Source: a virus
Taxonomy: Duplodnaviria; Heunggongvirae; Uroviricota; Caudoviricetes
DNA: 64,000 nt
IMG/VR virus record: IMGVR_UViG_2684623011_000001
Coordinates: 53,091-117,090 of that record
Strand: one strand, 5' to 3'
The notes under the pieces were generated by a model. That model was not told the origin of the DNA. It saw only the letters and a list, made by a program, of their open reading frames with translations, and ran no database searches. The position numbers were made by a program, and so were the translations under genes. Below, piece after piece: positions 19,466 to 29,171 of the stretch; the first letter of the stretch is position 1, and the number at the start of each line of letters is the position of its first letter.

Positions 19466-19945
19466 TTATACAATAAATTGATAATGGAATACCAACAATT
19501 CTAAAATGAACATTATAAAGTCAGAAACCGTATGTAAGTTTAGTACCTGTCGTACGTTATCGGCAATAGAATCAATTATCAAAAATGAAATTAACCATGA
19601 TACCAATTTAACACAAAAGACTACTGCTTTAATTCTCCTCTGTCGCATTTCCCTAATTTCTTGAATAAATTTTTTATTAATATTGGTAGTCTCTTCAACT
19701 TTTATCATATTTCTAAAAGAGAACTCCCATTTTACTCTGGTCCCTATATACAAACACCCGAGAGAGATTAGGAATAATAATATTCCTAAAGAGAAATCCG
19801 AGTGTATATTAACAGAACCGATTAAAAAAAACAAGGAAAGTAAAAGGAAGAATGGAAATAATTGGAATTTCCACATAACCATTATCGTATAATTTTTATA
19901 ATCATTTGAATCGGTATCGATAAATTTTTTCTTTAATTTTTTCAC
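19466..19945 (-). CDS. integral membrane protein
   Basis: 159 aa with several hydrophobic helices. Confidence 0.5.
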   Translation of the reverse strand: MKKLKKKFIDTDSNDYKNYTIMVMWKFQLFPFFLLLSLFFLIGSVNIHSDFSLGILLFLISLGCLYIGTRVKWEFSFRNMIKVEETTNINKKFIQEIREMRQRRIKAVVFCVKLVSWLISFLIIDSIADNVRQVLNLHTVSDFIMFILELLVFHYQFIV

Positions 19946-20067
19946 TTGAAACTAGCCCCCCTGTGATACAATATTTATATCAGAAGTTTTATGGACGGTG
20001 GCTGACAATTCTTATTAGTTCCGAGGTGATGTCTATTGACTAATAGGGAAATCCAAAGAAAGAATTT

Positions 20068-20154
20068 TTGCCGTTGAGTGTTTTCCAAGCTTTGATGCTT
20101 ATGCTAACGTTTGGTAGCTTCATTGTTGCTTTATTAGCTTACATCAAAAAGTAG
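20068..20154 (+). CDS. holin-like toxin (Hol_Tox family) type-I-toxin-like peptide, 28 aa
   Basis: LSVFQALMLMLTFGSFIVALLAYIKK matches the Hol_Tox consensus pattern (ALqLMl-FG-f-valla-I-K). Start codon uncertain: TTG at 20068 or ATG at 20095. Followed by terminator hairpins. Confidence 0.35.
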   Translation: MPLSVFQALMLMLTFGSFIVALLAYIKK

Positions 20155-20264
20155 GTAAAACAAAAGCCGTCCTATTAACTTTGGCGAGTTGTGTGACGAC
20201 TTATTGTTTATAATTTAGTTGTTAATAGCTTGTCACCGTCTTTGAAACGGCTGATAGCTCTATT

Positions 20265-20294
20265 GAGTCGTGCTACCAACGCGACTCTTTTTTA
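20265..20294 (+). terminator. rho-independent terminator
   Basis: gagtcg ... cgactc plus TTTTTT. Confidence 0.55.
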
Positions 20295-20389
20295 ATTTAA
20301 AAGTTATCATTATATAATTTTTGTACATTTTTATTATAACTTTTGCTAAACATAAATTCAACAAAAGTTATACAGAAAGTGTGCAAAAA

Positions 20390-20671
20390 TTATGCTGCTT
20401 GCTCCATTTTAGTTAACTTAGTCCTCATCATTGCGGCTGCATGGCAATAAATTTCGTAACAAGGATCATCTTTTTCAAAGATTAATGCTTCGTTTAAATT
20501 TGGCGTTAAATATACTTCATTAACCTCAACGTTAGACGTTTTCATACCAAATCTACTCGTTAGTTGCTTGCCATCAACTCCACATACATATAACTGTCCA
20601 ACCTTGATTAAATAAAATGTCTCTTTTATAAGGATCACCGTTCCTCTCTTGGGGTATCTAAATAGTCCCAC
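20390..20671 (-). CDS. hypothetical protein
   Basis: 93-aa ORF. Confidence 0.45.
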   Translation of the reverse strand: MGLFRYPKRGTVILIKETFYLIKVGQLYVCGVDGKQLTSRFGMKTSNVEVNEVYLTPNLNEALIFEKDDPCYEIYCHAAAMMRTKLTKMEQAA

Positions 20672-20819
20672 AATAGCTGTTTTACAAATGGTGGAGCCGC
20701 ATTAAAGTTAATTGCTGGTCGAATTAGCACATCTTTATTATCGCAAATACTAACCTCGACCTGTCCTCCAGCCATTTGTTCTAATCGTTGTTTGAATTCA
20801 GTTGCTAACAATTAACAAA

Positions 20820-20963
20820 CTCCTAACTAACTTCTTTAACTAAAAATCCTGTTGCAATGATAATTGGGACAATAATAAATAGGCTGATACCACCATATGC
20901 AATAGTAGATACGCCTAAAAACGCCAATATTACTAATAATGAAATAATTGCTGTATAGCTCAT
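20820..20963 (-). CDS. small hydrophobic peptide (about 47 aa)
   Basis: MSYTAIISLLVILAFLGVSTIAYGGISLFIIVPIIIATGF... Not in the track (under 60 aa). Confidence 0.3.
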
Positions 20964-20964
20964 G

Positions 20965-21249
20965 TTATGCTACCGCCCAATTAAAAATTCTTACATCATC
21001 TTTAATCTTATCAAGTTCTTTACGCATTCGCTTTTTGTATGTATCACCCATATCTATGTCATCTAGGAACTTTTCTGCTTCTGCAAAGGATCTGAAAATA
21101 TCATAATCACAGAAAAACGCATCTAATCTTTTAAACGTGATATACGAATCATACTCGTCACTATCGTTTACAAGTTCCCAAAAGTCACTGTTCAGGGCTT
21201 TATTTAGACGATAACTTTTATCAGTAGGTTGCACTAAGATAATTTCCAT
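20965..21249 (-). CDS. hypothetical protein
   Basis: 94-aa ORF. Confidence 0.5.
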   Translation of the reverse strand: MEIILVQPTDKSYRLNKALNSDFWELVNDSDEYDSYITFKRLDAFFCDYDIFRSFAEAEKFLDDIDMGDTYKKRMRKELDKIKDDVRIFNWAVA

Positions 21250-21256
21250 AATCCAC

Positions 21257-21496
21257 CTACCGTCTTACTACTTCGCCATCTACAATAATCTTGTAATGGT
21301 CATCGTCAGTATATAATCGAATAATCCCGTCAGACACTTCAAGGCGAACGCCGTTCATATTAATGATACTGCTACCACAGGAATGGTATTGATTCAAGCT
21401 TTTACCAGTACCCATGTTAATTGAAATTGCTTCTTGATCTAATACGTTTTTGATTTTTCTAAATAAGTTCTTCAAGTTCTCTCTCCTTCCTACCAA
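21257..21496 (-). CDS. hypothetical protein
   Basis: 79-aa ORF. Confidence 0.5.
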   Translation of the reverse strand: MVGRRENLKNLFRKIKNVLDQEAISINMGTGKSLNQYHSCGSSIINMNGVRLEVSDGIIRLYTDDDHYKIIVDGEVVRR

Positions 21497-21798
21497 CTTG
21501 CTTGAATAATTAAGAAAACTAGTGTAAAAACTACCCCTACAAGAAAAATGCCTATAATAACAATTCCAAGTTTTTCTTCTTTATCAGACATTTGATTATT
21601 AGAATTCTCATGCTCTTCTTCGTCCTGTTCCATATTGGCTGGATTTAACGGCGAGGCAGGATTAGCAGGGTTAAGTGGACTAGCTGGATTAGCGGGATTA
21701 GATGGGGACATCATATCAGCATGTACTGTTGGACTTAGACAAAAAGAAAAGCCAATAATGGCTAAAATTACTGTTAGGGTTGTAATTATTTTCTTCAA
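21490..21798 (-). CDS. secreted/membrane protein with PANPASPLN repeats
   Basis: Signal peptide, tandem PANPASPLNPAN repeats, C-terminal transmembrane segment. Confidence 0.5.
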   Translation of the reverse strand: MKKIITTLTVILAIIGFSFCLSPTVHADMMSPSNPANPASPLNPANPASPLNPANMEQDEEEHENSNNQMSDKEEKLGIVIIGIFLVGVVFTLVFLIIQASW

Positions 21799-22154
21799 GC
21801 GACATCTTCCTCATCTTTTGGCGTCTCTTCAGGCTTAACAGTGTAAGTAATTACTTTGCTAAGATCAATTCCAATACCAATCTTCTCTGCATATTGGTCT
21901 GCATATTGGAAAATACCTTCTGCGCCAAGGTTCTTCTGTGCAACTATCCATGCGACAGTCTCTTTGAATTGATGTAATAGATCATATTCAACGCCTTTTT
22001 CGAAAACAAAATGAATGGTGAAGAGCTGTTCGTCATTGAAATCGGAATAGTAATCAATAATTCGTTGTTTCGTAGCTTCAAAAGGTGATAACTCCTCTTT
22101 CTTCTCTGGTTCTTTTGCAGCCACATTTTCTGCTTTCTTATGAAAGAATCTCAT
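21795..22154 (-). CDS. hypothetical protein
   Basis: 119-aa ORF. Confidence 0.5.
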   Translation of the reverse strand: MRFFHKKAENVAAKEPEKKEELSPFEATKQRIIDYYSDFNDEQLFTIHFVFEKGVEYDLLHQFKETVAWIVAQKNLGAEGIFQYADQYAEKIGIGIDLSKVITYTVKPEETPKDEEDVA

Positions 22155-22184
22155 GTATTACTCCTCTTAAAATATCCGTTTTAT

Positions 22185-22661
22185 CTAGTAGACAGCTCCA
22201 TCATAAAAATCAAATGACGGCTTATTAAAGTCATAATTTTCTAGTTCAGATAGCTTAATAAAGTTGTCACCAACGCCATAAGTCATAAGATTAATAGGCT
22301 TACCCCAATCTTCATCTGGAATTACAATCAAATTATACTTACCTAATGCACGTGCCATTCCTAATTCGACACCCATTCCCACATCTTCCTCTTCGGGAAT
22401 ATAGATAGCTAAGATAACATCTGACGTTTGAACGCCTACACGATCACCATTGAATGTCGCATTAGACCATTCACGATCTTCTAGTAACTCTGGGTGCTCA
22501 TCAACTCGTAAGCCTTTGTATTGATGTTGAAGCGGAACATAACTGTTCGAAACATCAACCGTTGGGTTATTTTCAATAGCCTTCATAGCTTCTGAGTATG
22601 CTTTGTTTTGCTTTTCTGTAAACCAACCTGCACAAAAATATACTGTCTTGCTCTTAATCAT
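22185..22661 (-). CDS. ndt: nucleoside 2-deoxyribosyltransferase
   Basis: Near-collinear similarity to Lactobacillus NDT (YFCAGWFTEKQNKAY..., IYIPEEEDVGMGVELG, VIPDEDWGKPINLM, FDFYDGAVY). Start set at MIKSKTVYF. Confidence 0.85.
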   Translation of the reverse strand: MIKSKTVYFCAGWFTEKQNKAYSEAMKAIENNPTVDVSNSYVPLQHQYKGLRVDEHPELLEDREWSNATFNGDRVGVQTSDVILAIYIPEEEDVGMGVELGMARALGKYNLIVIPDEDWGKPINLMTYGVGDNFIKLSELENYDFNKPSFDFYDGAVY

Positions 22662-22665
22662 TCTT

Positions 22666-22950
22666 TTATTCCTCCGTGTGTTCTTCTTTACTACCTTTTG
22701 TACCCTTAAAAAATTCATCAAAGATACTTTCAAACCCAGTTGTTGTGCTTTTAACGTATTCAATTCGGTCGGCCAATACAGCTAAATAACCATACATTTC
22801 CTTAGTCTGCTGTAACAATAAATGCTTATGTTCCCAAGGTAATGCTTGATAATCATCTGTCACGCAAAATTCACGCAATTTACCAAGTTTGTTCTGTAGT
22901 TCGCCATATTCTTCAGCCAAATCCACTAATAATTGTTGATTTGTTGTCAT
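22666..22950 (-). CDS. hypothetical protein
   Basis: Start moved to MTTNQQ, 9 nt after a GGAGG RBS. Confidence 0.5.
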   Translation of the reverse strand: MTTNQQLLVDLAEEYGELQNKLGKLREFCVTDDYQALPWEHKHLLLQQTKEMYGYLAVLADRIEYVKSTTTGFESIFDEFFKGTKGSKEEHTEE

Positions 22951-22984
22951 ATTATGTATTCCTCCGTTTTTATGCATCTAATCT

Positions 22985-23142
22985 TTATCTTTTCGTTCGA
23001 AATAAATCGTGAATAATCCCTAGTTCAATTAGCACCCCCATCATTAACACTATCTGGTCTCCGTTTGGTTGAGCTAAATAATATACCGAAATCATCATTG
23101 GAACTGCTAAACTAGCCAGACTCTTTGCGAACCAATTATCCA
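22985..23142 (-). CDS. small membrane protein (52 aa)
   Basis: MDNWFAKSLASLAVPMMISVYYLAQ... Not in the track. Confidence 0.3.
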
Positions 23143-23217
23143 TTTATTCACCATTTCCTTCTTGAATTAATCAACACTAGCAAACAAAATATTGCTGCGG
23201 TGATAACCACTAAAACT

Positions 23218-23421
23218 TCATTCTTCATACCTTAGTCCCGCTTTAATAGATTGTTCAATGCCGTAATTACTTAAATCTAACTTACGCACTCGTTTATGTT
23301 TACCACACCTACAACATTGATAGATTTCTGACATGTTACTGCCGTCCCAGTAGGGGTAATAGATGTCATCTAACCACTTATAATCATGTTTACAAAATAA
23401 CTGGCTAATTTTCATCGTCAT
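23218..23421 (-). CDS. small zinc-ribbon protein
   Basis: CKHDYKW ... CCRCGKHKR. Confidence 0.5.
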   Translation of the reverse strand: MTMKISQLFCKHDYKWLDDIYYPYWDGSNMSEIYQCCRCGKHKRVRKLDLSNYGIEQSIKAGLRYEE

Positions 23422-23665
23422 ATACTCTCTTTAGCTCCCCGTCTTTATCTTTATAGATAACTTCGTCTTTAACTTCAAAAGATCGCTGTGGACGATATTG
23501 GTCAAATTCTAACGTAGAAATAGAAATATCTTCTTCACCAATTAGATAGCAAGTTGATCTCTTATGCTCTTTTGCATATTTGTCTGCAAATTGTAGAGCT
23601 GTTTGATAATCAGTTGTTGCGCCAATAATTTCTTTAAAATCATCGTCGGGGTCCTCGTAATTCAA
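23405..23665 (-). CDS. hypothetical protein
   Basis: 86-aa ORF. Confidence 0.5.
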   Translation of the reverse strand: MNYEDPDDDFKEIIGATTDYQTALQFADKYAKEHKRSTCYLIGEEDISISTLEFDQYRPQRSFEVKDEVIYKDKDGELKRVYDDEN

Positions 23666-23861
23666 CTCATTGTAAACAACTAAGTAAATATACTTATTTT
23701 TCGTCGTTCCACACCCTCTTTAGTTTCCGTCTCTCATAGCGGTTGGCAAGTTTTTTATGTTTCTTTAGCAACCATTTTCTAGGGTGTTCCCCATGATCCC
23801 ACCATTCAAACTTACCAATTGCTTTTCTTTTGTAATTATTAGTATTTTCCATCTATTTTTC

Positions 23862-24395
23862 TCACTCATTATCAATCAAGACATATTTGTTATCTTTTAC
23901 GACTAGCTTGTATTCTCCGTCCCATTCTCGCCATGATTTACCCAACCTATAGCTGCCATGAACGTGAAGTGTGATTGGAATAGTACGTGAATTATCTTGA
24001 ATCAAGTTAGAGGTGTCATGGTCGTTATTTTGTTTTGATTTCCACTTGAGACCAAATACATCCATATACGTGAGATATTTAATCGTGTAATCATGCTTTG
24101 TATAAGCAAAGTAATCAAAGCCATTGATCGTTTTTTTGTTCTCTAAAACATTGTCGGTTAGAAAGTCACTAGCATTTGTTAAATAATTATCATTAGCATC
24201 GCAAAAATCAGCATTGGTAATGTCAACTTGACAATAGTCGATTTCATCGTCGTCGTCATCGCGAACTTCGTTATCCCAATCAGATTGGGTTCCGTTATAG
24301 TCAATGTCTGCATCTATATAACTAACTTTGACTGGTCGGGAGTCATTTATATGAACGGTTTTTGTTTTGGTCGTTTTGATATTAATAGGTGTCAA
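23862..24395 (-). CDS. acidic hypothetical protein (possibly membrane-anchored, start may be upstream)
   Basis: TTG start. The upstream in-frame hydrophobic stretch suggests a longer N-terminus. Contains a DDDDDEIDY segment. Confidence 0.45.
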   Translation of the reverse strand: MTPINIKTTKTKTVHINDSRPVKVSYIDADIDYNGTQSDWDNEVRDDDDDEIDYCQVDITNADFCDANDNYLTNASDFLTDNVLENKKTINGFDYFAYTKHDYTIKYLTYMDVFGLKWKSKQNNDHDTSNLIQDNSRTIPITLHVHGSYRLGKSWREWDGEYKLVVKDNKYVLIDNE

Positions 24396-24498
24396 TACTA
24401 ATATCGATAAAATAACAAACGATCCAATTAATACTATGAATTGGCGTAATTCTTTACCTATAACAAATCAACTTCGCTCTCCTTATAAAACTGGCATT

Positions 24499-24753
24499 TT
24501 ACAAACCGTTATTTTCCCAATAATTGTTGTGCCAATATTCTGAAAAATTCAGAAAAGCACCACACGAAATCCAATCAATCAATACCCAATACGGGTAAAA
24601 GACCAATCGTACTAGTTGAAACAATCCAACCAAAGCCATAAATGGAAGAGCTATAATGATTGCCAACCATTGTCTAACGCTTAATCCCTTGAATTGTTCA
24701 AAGAAATCCTCGAAAAAATCCGATAATAATGTCATCACGCTACTCCTAACCAA
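24499..24753 (-). CDS. small membrane protein
   Basis: 84 aa, hydrophobic. Confidence 0.45.
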   Translation of the reverse strand: MVRSSVMTLLSDFFEDFFEQFKGLSVRQWLAIIIALPFMALVGLFQLVRLVFYPYWVLIDWISCGAFLNFSEYWHNNYWENNGL

Positions 24754-25537
24754 AATTAATCTTGTGACACCGATTAATTAAATTATCTTCCACAAAACTT
24801 AGACATTCATTGGTGTCTTTGACTGCCAGCAGTACCTTAATTAAAGAACAAATCAACCATTTCATAGCCTGCTTATAATCTCTCGACTTCATCTGATTAA
24901 TTAACTCGCTATCCAGCCTATCAACGTGAGTAAACGTTGCAGTCTTCTTAAACGGGGGAACCCCACGGACCACTACTTCACGTTCAGTGGCAATATATAG
25001 GTTGCTATCCATATTTTTAAGAGAGATACAGAATCTAGCATCACTAATTAGTTCTTCTGACTCATATAGCTCTAATGCAAAAGTAGTAGTATCAACCCAC
25101 TCTCTTGTGCCGATGCCATACACATGTAGATAGACATCACTATCATGTTTACAAATTTTGTTTTCTGTAAACAGACTTATCAGATTAGGATAAGCACGGT
25201 AGCTATGTATCGTCTTGAAATTAACAGGAAAGACTGATCCAAGTGTCAAAGAATCATTGTTCCGTTTCTGATACCGATTATTGAGAATTAAGTACCCTTT
25301 CCGAATTAGCGGAACTAATTGTTCGATGGTTTCTGTTAAGATACTCACCTGTTTTTCACTAATTGGAAGATTTTCTTCTTCGTAAAAATTGTTTTCTGAC
25401 AATGTTTTTAGTGTCGTCACAAGACCATCTATTTTTGGAGTGTTACTGAAGTCATACTTTTCAAGAGCAACGTCTTGCAAGGCTTCAACCAGATAGTTGG
25501 TTTCAACATCACTATAATTAACTTTCTCTTTACTCAT
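24746..25537 (-). CDS. hypothetical protein
   Basis: 263-aa ORF. Confidence 0.55.
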   Translation of the reverse strand: MSKEKVNYSDVETNYLVEALQDVALEKYDFSNTPKIDGLVTTLKTLSENNFYEEENLPISEKQVSILTETIEQLVPLIRKGYLILNNRYQKRNNDSLTLGSVFPVNFKTIHSYRAYPNLISLFTENKICKHDSDVYLHVYGIGTREWVDTTTFALELYESEELISDARFCISLKNMDSNLYIATEREVVVRGVPPFKKTATFTHVDRLDSELINQMKSRDYKQAMKWLICSLIKVLLAVKDTNECLSFVEDNLINRCHKINFG

Positions 25538-25647
25538 TAATATCTCCTCATATTTTCTTCTTTAACTACTAAGTCATCCAAGGCACCAACCTGGCGCGCA
25601 TGAAAAGCCACTTCACCGACAATTGTTGCACCAAGACCAATAACCGC

Positions 25648-25833
25648 CTACCACGGCATGAAAGACATAATGCCATAAATACCCAAAATAATAGGTGCTG
25701 ATAGCATTACAACACTTTCAGCGTTACTCTTTGTATGATTTTCTGATCCATTATCAACTATTCTTATAGTGAGATACATCGTCACTTCAATTACGAACGT
25801 TGTAATAATTGGAATTAATAAGTGTTCAATCAT
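25648..25833 (-). CDS. small membrane protein
   Basis: 61 aa. Confidence 0.4.
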   Translation of the reverse strand: MIEHLLIPIITTFVIEVTMYLTIRIVDNGSENHTKSNAESVVMLSAPIILGIYGIMSFMPW

Positions 25834-26212
25834 TAAAATTCACCGTTCTATCCTTATCTAAGTACACCAAACGAGGCTTAACAGAAATATCAGTTGCCCC
25901 TTCTTCACGTTGCTTTAAAACAAAAGCCCAGGCATCTATTTCTTCTGAAAAGACATCGGTTTCACGTAATGGACCATAGTCGTCATGAGTTGTGTACTCA
26001 GCAATGTAAATACGAGGTAAATTCGGCTTAGTAATTCTCCACATGTTTTTATGTATTTCTTCCTTGGCTTTCTCGTTTTCCTCTTGATAGTGTTCTATCA
26101 CCATTTTTATAGCCTCTACTTGTTCTGAACTTAAGACTAACTTATCTACTGGTGTTGTAACGAAATTAGAAACAATATTTCTTACTTCATTTCGTTTTTT
26201 ATCAAAATACAT
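25826..26212 (-). CDS. hypothetical protein
   Basis: 128-aa ORF. Confidence 0.5.
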   Translation of the reverse strand: MYFDKKRNEVRNIVSNFVTTPVDKLVLSSEQVEAIKMVIEHYQEENEKAKEEIHKNMWRITKPNLPRIYIAEYTTHDDYGPLRETDVFSEEIDAWAFVLKQREEGATDISVKPRLVYLDKDRTVNFND

Positions 26213-26226
26213 ATCTAATCCTCCGT

Positions 26227-26553
26227 TTATGAATCAATCTTGGCTTCCTTTTCATCTTTAGAAAGTGCAGCCCGATACCACTGAGCAAGCTCTTGATAGT
26301 CGAAATATAAAACAAGATCAACAAAGCTGGCCCACGTTTCTTTAATGTCGTTCCATGATTGCACATACTTCGGGTTAAATGCAGAAACTCCCAACAAAAT
26401 TATAAAAATGATCAATAATAATAGTTTGAAGATATACTCGAATACTTTACCAAGAGCTGCCTTAACTAGCGAAATCAAAGCTGCAATATGAAGAAGGAGG
26501 ATAATAATAGTGGCTGTAAAAATATCTCGTATATTAACTAGAAAGCGTAACAT
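26227..26553 (-). CDS. membrane protein
   Basis: 108 aa with two transmembrane helices. Confidence 0.5.
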   Translation of the reverse strand: MLRFLVNIRDIFTATIIILLLHIAALISLVKAALGKVFEYIFKLLLLIIFIILLGVSAFNPKYVQSWNDIKETWASFVDLVLYFDYQELAQWYRAALSKDEKEAKIDS

Positions 26554-26555
26554 AT

Positions 26556-27080
26556 CTAACCCTCCGCAATCTTTTGTTTAGCCTCAGAAATAACTTGCAT
26601 ACTTCCGTCCAGTGTTTGTCTAATTTCGTTGAATTCTTTCAATAACTGTTCCCAAGCAACATCAGCAAAACGGTGATTAACATGAGGACTTTTCATTCGT
26701 TCACAGTAATCCATCATTGCTTGAATATTGTCGTAGATTTTACCGGCAGTTTTCACTTTCTTTTGCTTTACTAACAGATCCAACGCTTCATTAATAGCTG
26801 ATTTGACTTCTGGATTAGTATTCACCTTGAACCCGTTATCATCATGTTCATTCTCTGAATAAACAGTAATAACCTGCTTCTGGCGTGTATTGATAATAAA
26901 TACAATATCATGTAGTCGATACTTTTCACGGTTATCTTGTTGTTTCTCAACGAATTCACCTTGTGATAATAAACGACTCATCCAGCCATCAAATTCAGTT
27001 TTAGTGATATTGAATCGTGTTAAGATTCGTTCTTTAGCATGTTCTGTTACTTTATAAAGCGGAAAGTTCTTAACTCCCAT
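26556..27080 (-). CDS. hypothetical protein
   Basis: 174-aa ORF. Confidence 0.55.
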   Translation of the reverse strand: MGVKNFPLYKVTEHAKERILTRFNITKTEFDGWMSRLLSQGEFVEKQQDNREKYRLHDIVFIINTRQKQVITVYSENEHDDNGFKVNTNPEVKSAINEALDLLVKQKKVKTAGKIYDNIQAMMDYCERMKSPHVNHRFADVAWEQLLKEFNEIRQTLDGSMQVISEAKQKIAEG

Positions 27081-27096
27081 CTAAAATCCTCCATTA

Positions 27097-27330
27097 TTAC
27101 ATTTTCATTATGTTATTTAACATCATTGGCGTTGTTGTAATACTATTTAGATCATCAATCTTGCAGGTAAATGATCCATCATTCCCAAAGTCAATCACAC
27201 ATACTCCCTTAATTGGTTCAGTAATGTTCTCAACCCTACCCGGGAACGACATAAGTGCTTGATGTTTCAAGCTAATTGTAGTTAACCAAGAAAAATCACC
27301 TGATACTGGTCTTCCTCGAAATGCTTTCAT
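27097..27330 (-). CDS. hypothetical protein
   Basis: 77-aa ORF. Confidence 0.45.
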   Translation of the reverse strand: MKAFRGRPVSGDFSWLTTISLKHQALMSFPGRVENITEPIKGVCVIDFGNDGSFTCKIDDLNSITTTPMMLNNIMKM

Positions 27331-27671
27331 TAATTCTCCGCCTTTACTGGTTCAATAATTGCCTTATCCCAGTCAATTGCTAAATCTTTTCGTTCTTTTA
27401 ACTTATCAATTTCTTCTTGAGTGAAATGAGTTTGAAAATCACTATCTTTATCAATGTTGTTAAGAACAATATCTTCACCCTGAAAAACATTTAAATATCC
27501 ACGTTCGCCAGGAAAGACTTGTACAGTATATTTTTGATTACTCAAAATTTGTCCACGAACTTTATAGAGCCAACTTAATGCGTCCTCGACAAGGATAGCC
27601 GGAGTCCCCTCATGTACATCCATGACAGCCTCTAATTGATTAATTTGGTCGTCAATTAATTTCATGTACAT
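27330..27671 (-). CDS. hypothetical protein, family B paralog (QTHFTQEEID motif, C-terminal EPV)
   Basis: Paralog of 29164-29583 and of the C-terminal part of 30113-30565. Confidence 0.55.
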   Translation of the reverse strand: MYMKLIDDQINQLEAVMDVHEGTPAILVEDALSWLYKVRGQILSNQKYTVQVFPGERGYLNVFQGEDIVLNNIDKDSDFQTHFTQEEIDKLKERKDLAIDWDKAIIEPVKAEN

Positions 27672-28384
27672 TACTCTTCCACCTCAATTGGCTTGATAGC
27701 TTTAACCCAGTCGGGTCCATCAAGGATGTCTCTGCCTTGAACGGTAAATGTATCATTATGGTAGAGACAAGTTGAATGAAACGCCTCTTCAGCAGTACGT
27801 CCGTCTCCGATAAAGATCCATTTATCGAGGTCTTTTTTAGCAAATCTATCTGAACCTTCCATTGGTAAAATATACTTTTTATCTGGATCGATTTTGGAAG
27901 ACATCAACTTGTTACCTTCGCCTCTTAGACAGATTTTAAGTCTTAACCCATAATCATCTTCAGGATCATAAATATCTACTCTATAACCATATTTACGCAA
28001 TGCTTCCGCTAAACTTTCGATATGGTATACGCGAACCATTTCATAACGAGGAAAATCGAAAGCAGTATAGCCATTATTTTCCCTGGTGTATTCGAACAAT
28101 ATTAAACTATCTTGCTCGTTGTTAATAGCTTCATCAATTGCAACAAATGCTTTGTTTAACTCTTTAGGTAATGCTTTATTTTCAATTTGTCGGAATCGCT
28201 CCGCTGCTTCTTCGGCAGTGATTACATTGGCTCGCCATGTAAGACTTTCTATCTTTTTCTCAAGATCATTCCACTGCCCTTCCAGTCTTCGAATAGCTTT
28301 TTCGGTCTCGGATGGAACCCTATGATGGTTCAAATATTCTTGCTTATTACCAAATAATCCCATTATCTTCCTCCAGCATTTCAA
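27671..28384 (-). CDS. hypothetical protein, family A paralog (KYILPMEGS ... WVKAIKPIEVEE)
   Basis: Paralog of 29583-30113. Confidence 0.55.
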   Translation of the reverse strand: MKCWRKIMGLFGNKQEYLNHHRVPSETEKAIRRLEGQWNDLEKKIESLTWRANVITAEEAAERFRQIENKALPKELNKAFVAIDEAINNEQDSLILFEYTRENNGYTAFDFPRYEMVRVYHIESLAEALRKYGYRVDIYDPEDDYGLRLKICLRGEGNKLMSSKIDPDKKYILPMEGSDRFAKKDLDKWIFIGDGRTAEEAFHSTCLYHNDTFTVQGRDILDGPDWVKAIKPIEVEE

Positions 28385-28550
28385 AGTATTCTTTAGGCGA
28401 AATTTGATGATACAGTTCTCGCAATGAACCTGCTCTACCTATACTTTCATACATATAATTTATACTCTCTACATGCCAGATTCCCTTATATCCTGAAGTA
28501 TATGCGGCAAGTGGTTCCTTATTCTGATGAAACCAACTAAATAATCTCAT
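28347..28550 (-). CDS. hypothetical protein
   Basis: 67-aa ORF. Confidence 0.4.
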   Translation of the reverse strand: MRLFSWFHQNKEPLAAYTSGYKGIWHVESINYMYESIGRAGSLRELYHQISPKEYFEMLEEDNGIIW

Positions 28551-28657
28551 TACGCTACCTCCTGTAATTCATCGCTCCAACAATAAGGGCAAACATTTAA
28601 TTCATCAGTATCTTCGACAAAGAAACGTTCACCACAATCAAGACAAATACGAATCAT
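28550..28657 (-). CDS. zinc-ribbon peptide (35 aa)
   Basis: MIRICLDCGERFF...CPYCWSDE. Not in the track. Confidence 0.35.
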   Translation of the reverse strand: MIRICLDCGERFFVEDTDELNVCPYCWSDELQEVA

Positions 28658-28848
28658 TTAAATCTCCTAACTATAATAAAGTTACAAATAATTCCGACAA
28701 ACATGGCAATCAAATAAATCCAAACAGTTATTTTTGATACTAATGCAAAGTTATTTATAGTAGCTGCTATCCATGATGCAATAATTAGCCCTGCAACCAT
28801 AACACTTACTCCATAGCAAAATCCCGAGAGAAAACTTAACTTATTCAA
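28654..28848 (-). CDS. small membrane protein
   Basis: 64 aa. Confidence 0.45.
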   Translation of the reverse strand: MNKLSFLSGFCYGVSVMVAGLIIASWIAATINNFALVSKITVWIYLIAMFVGIICNFIIVRRFK

Positions 28849-28850
28849 AC

Positions 28851-29171
28851 TTACTCCTCCACACGAATTGACTTCTTACTTTCTTGATTCTTTCGCAAAA
28901 TATAATTGTTAAAGACGTTCTTGTAATAATCAACTACGACACTAAAATCAACATCTTCCAGCTCTTCATCGAAATATTCCCATTTCATTGTTCCCCATTC
29001 CCATTCCGTAACATCGAAATTAGTCGGATATAAGATGATATAGAAAACAAAGAGAATAGCCTTGTAAATTACCATTCCTATCAATCTAAGCGTTGCGAGG
29101 ATTGGTAAACATACGGCTATCATAAGAAGCGCCCATGCTAAGAAGACAAATTTAACAAATTTCTTAATCAT
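28851..29171 (-). CDS. membrane protein
   Basis: 106 aa. Confidence 0.45.
   Translation of the reverse strand: MIKKFVKFVFLAWALLMIAVCLPILATLRLIGMVIYKAILFVFYIILYPTNFDVTEWEWGTMKWEYFDEELEDVDFSVVVDYYKNVFNNYILRKNQESKKSIRVEE

Noticed and set aside
21640-21715. Short DNA tandem repeats (ggattagc-like)
   Set aside because: They simply encode the PANPASPLN peptide repeats of the 21490-21798 protein. This is not a CRISPR or regulatory array.
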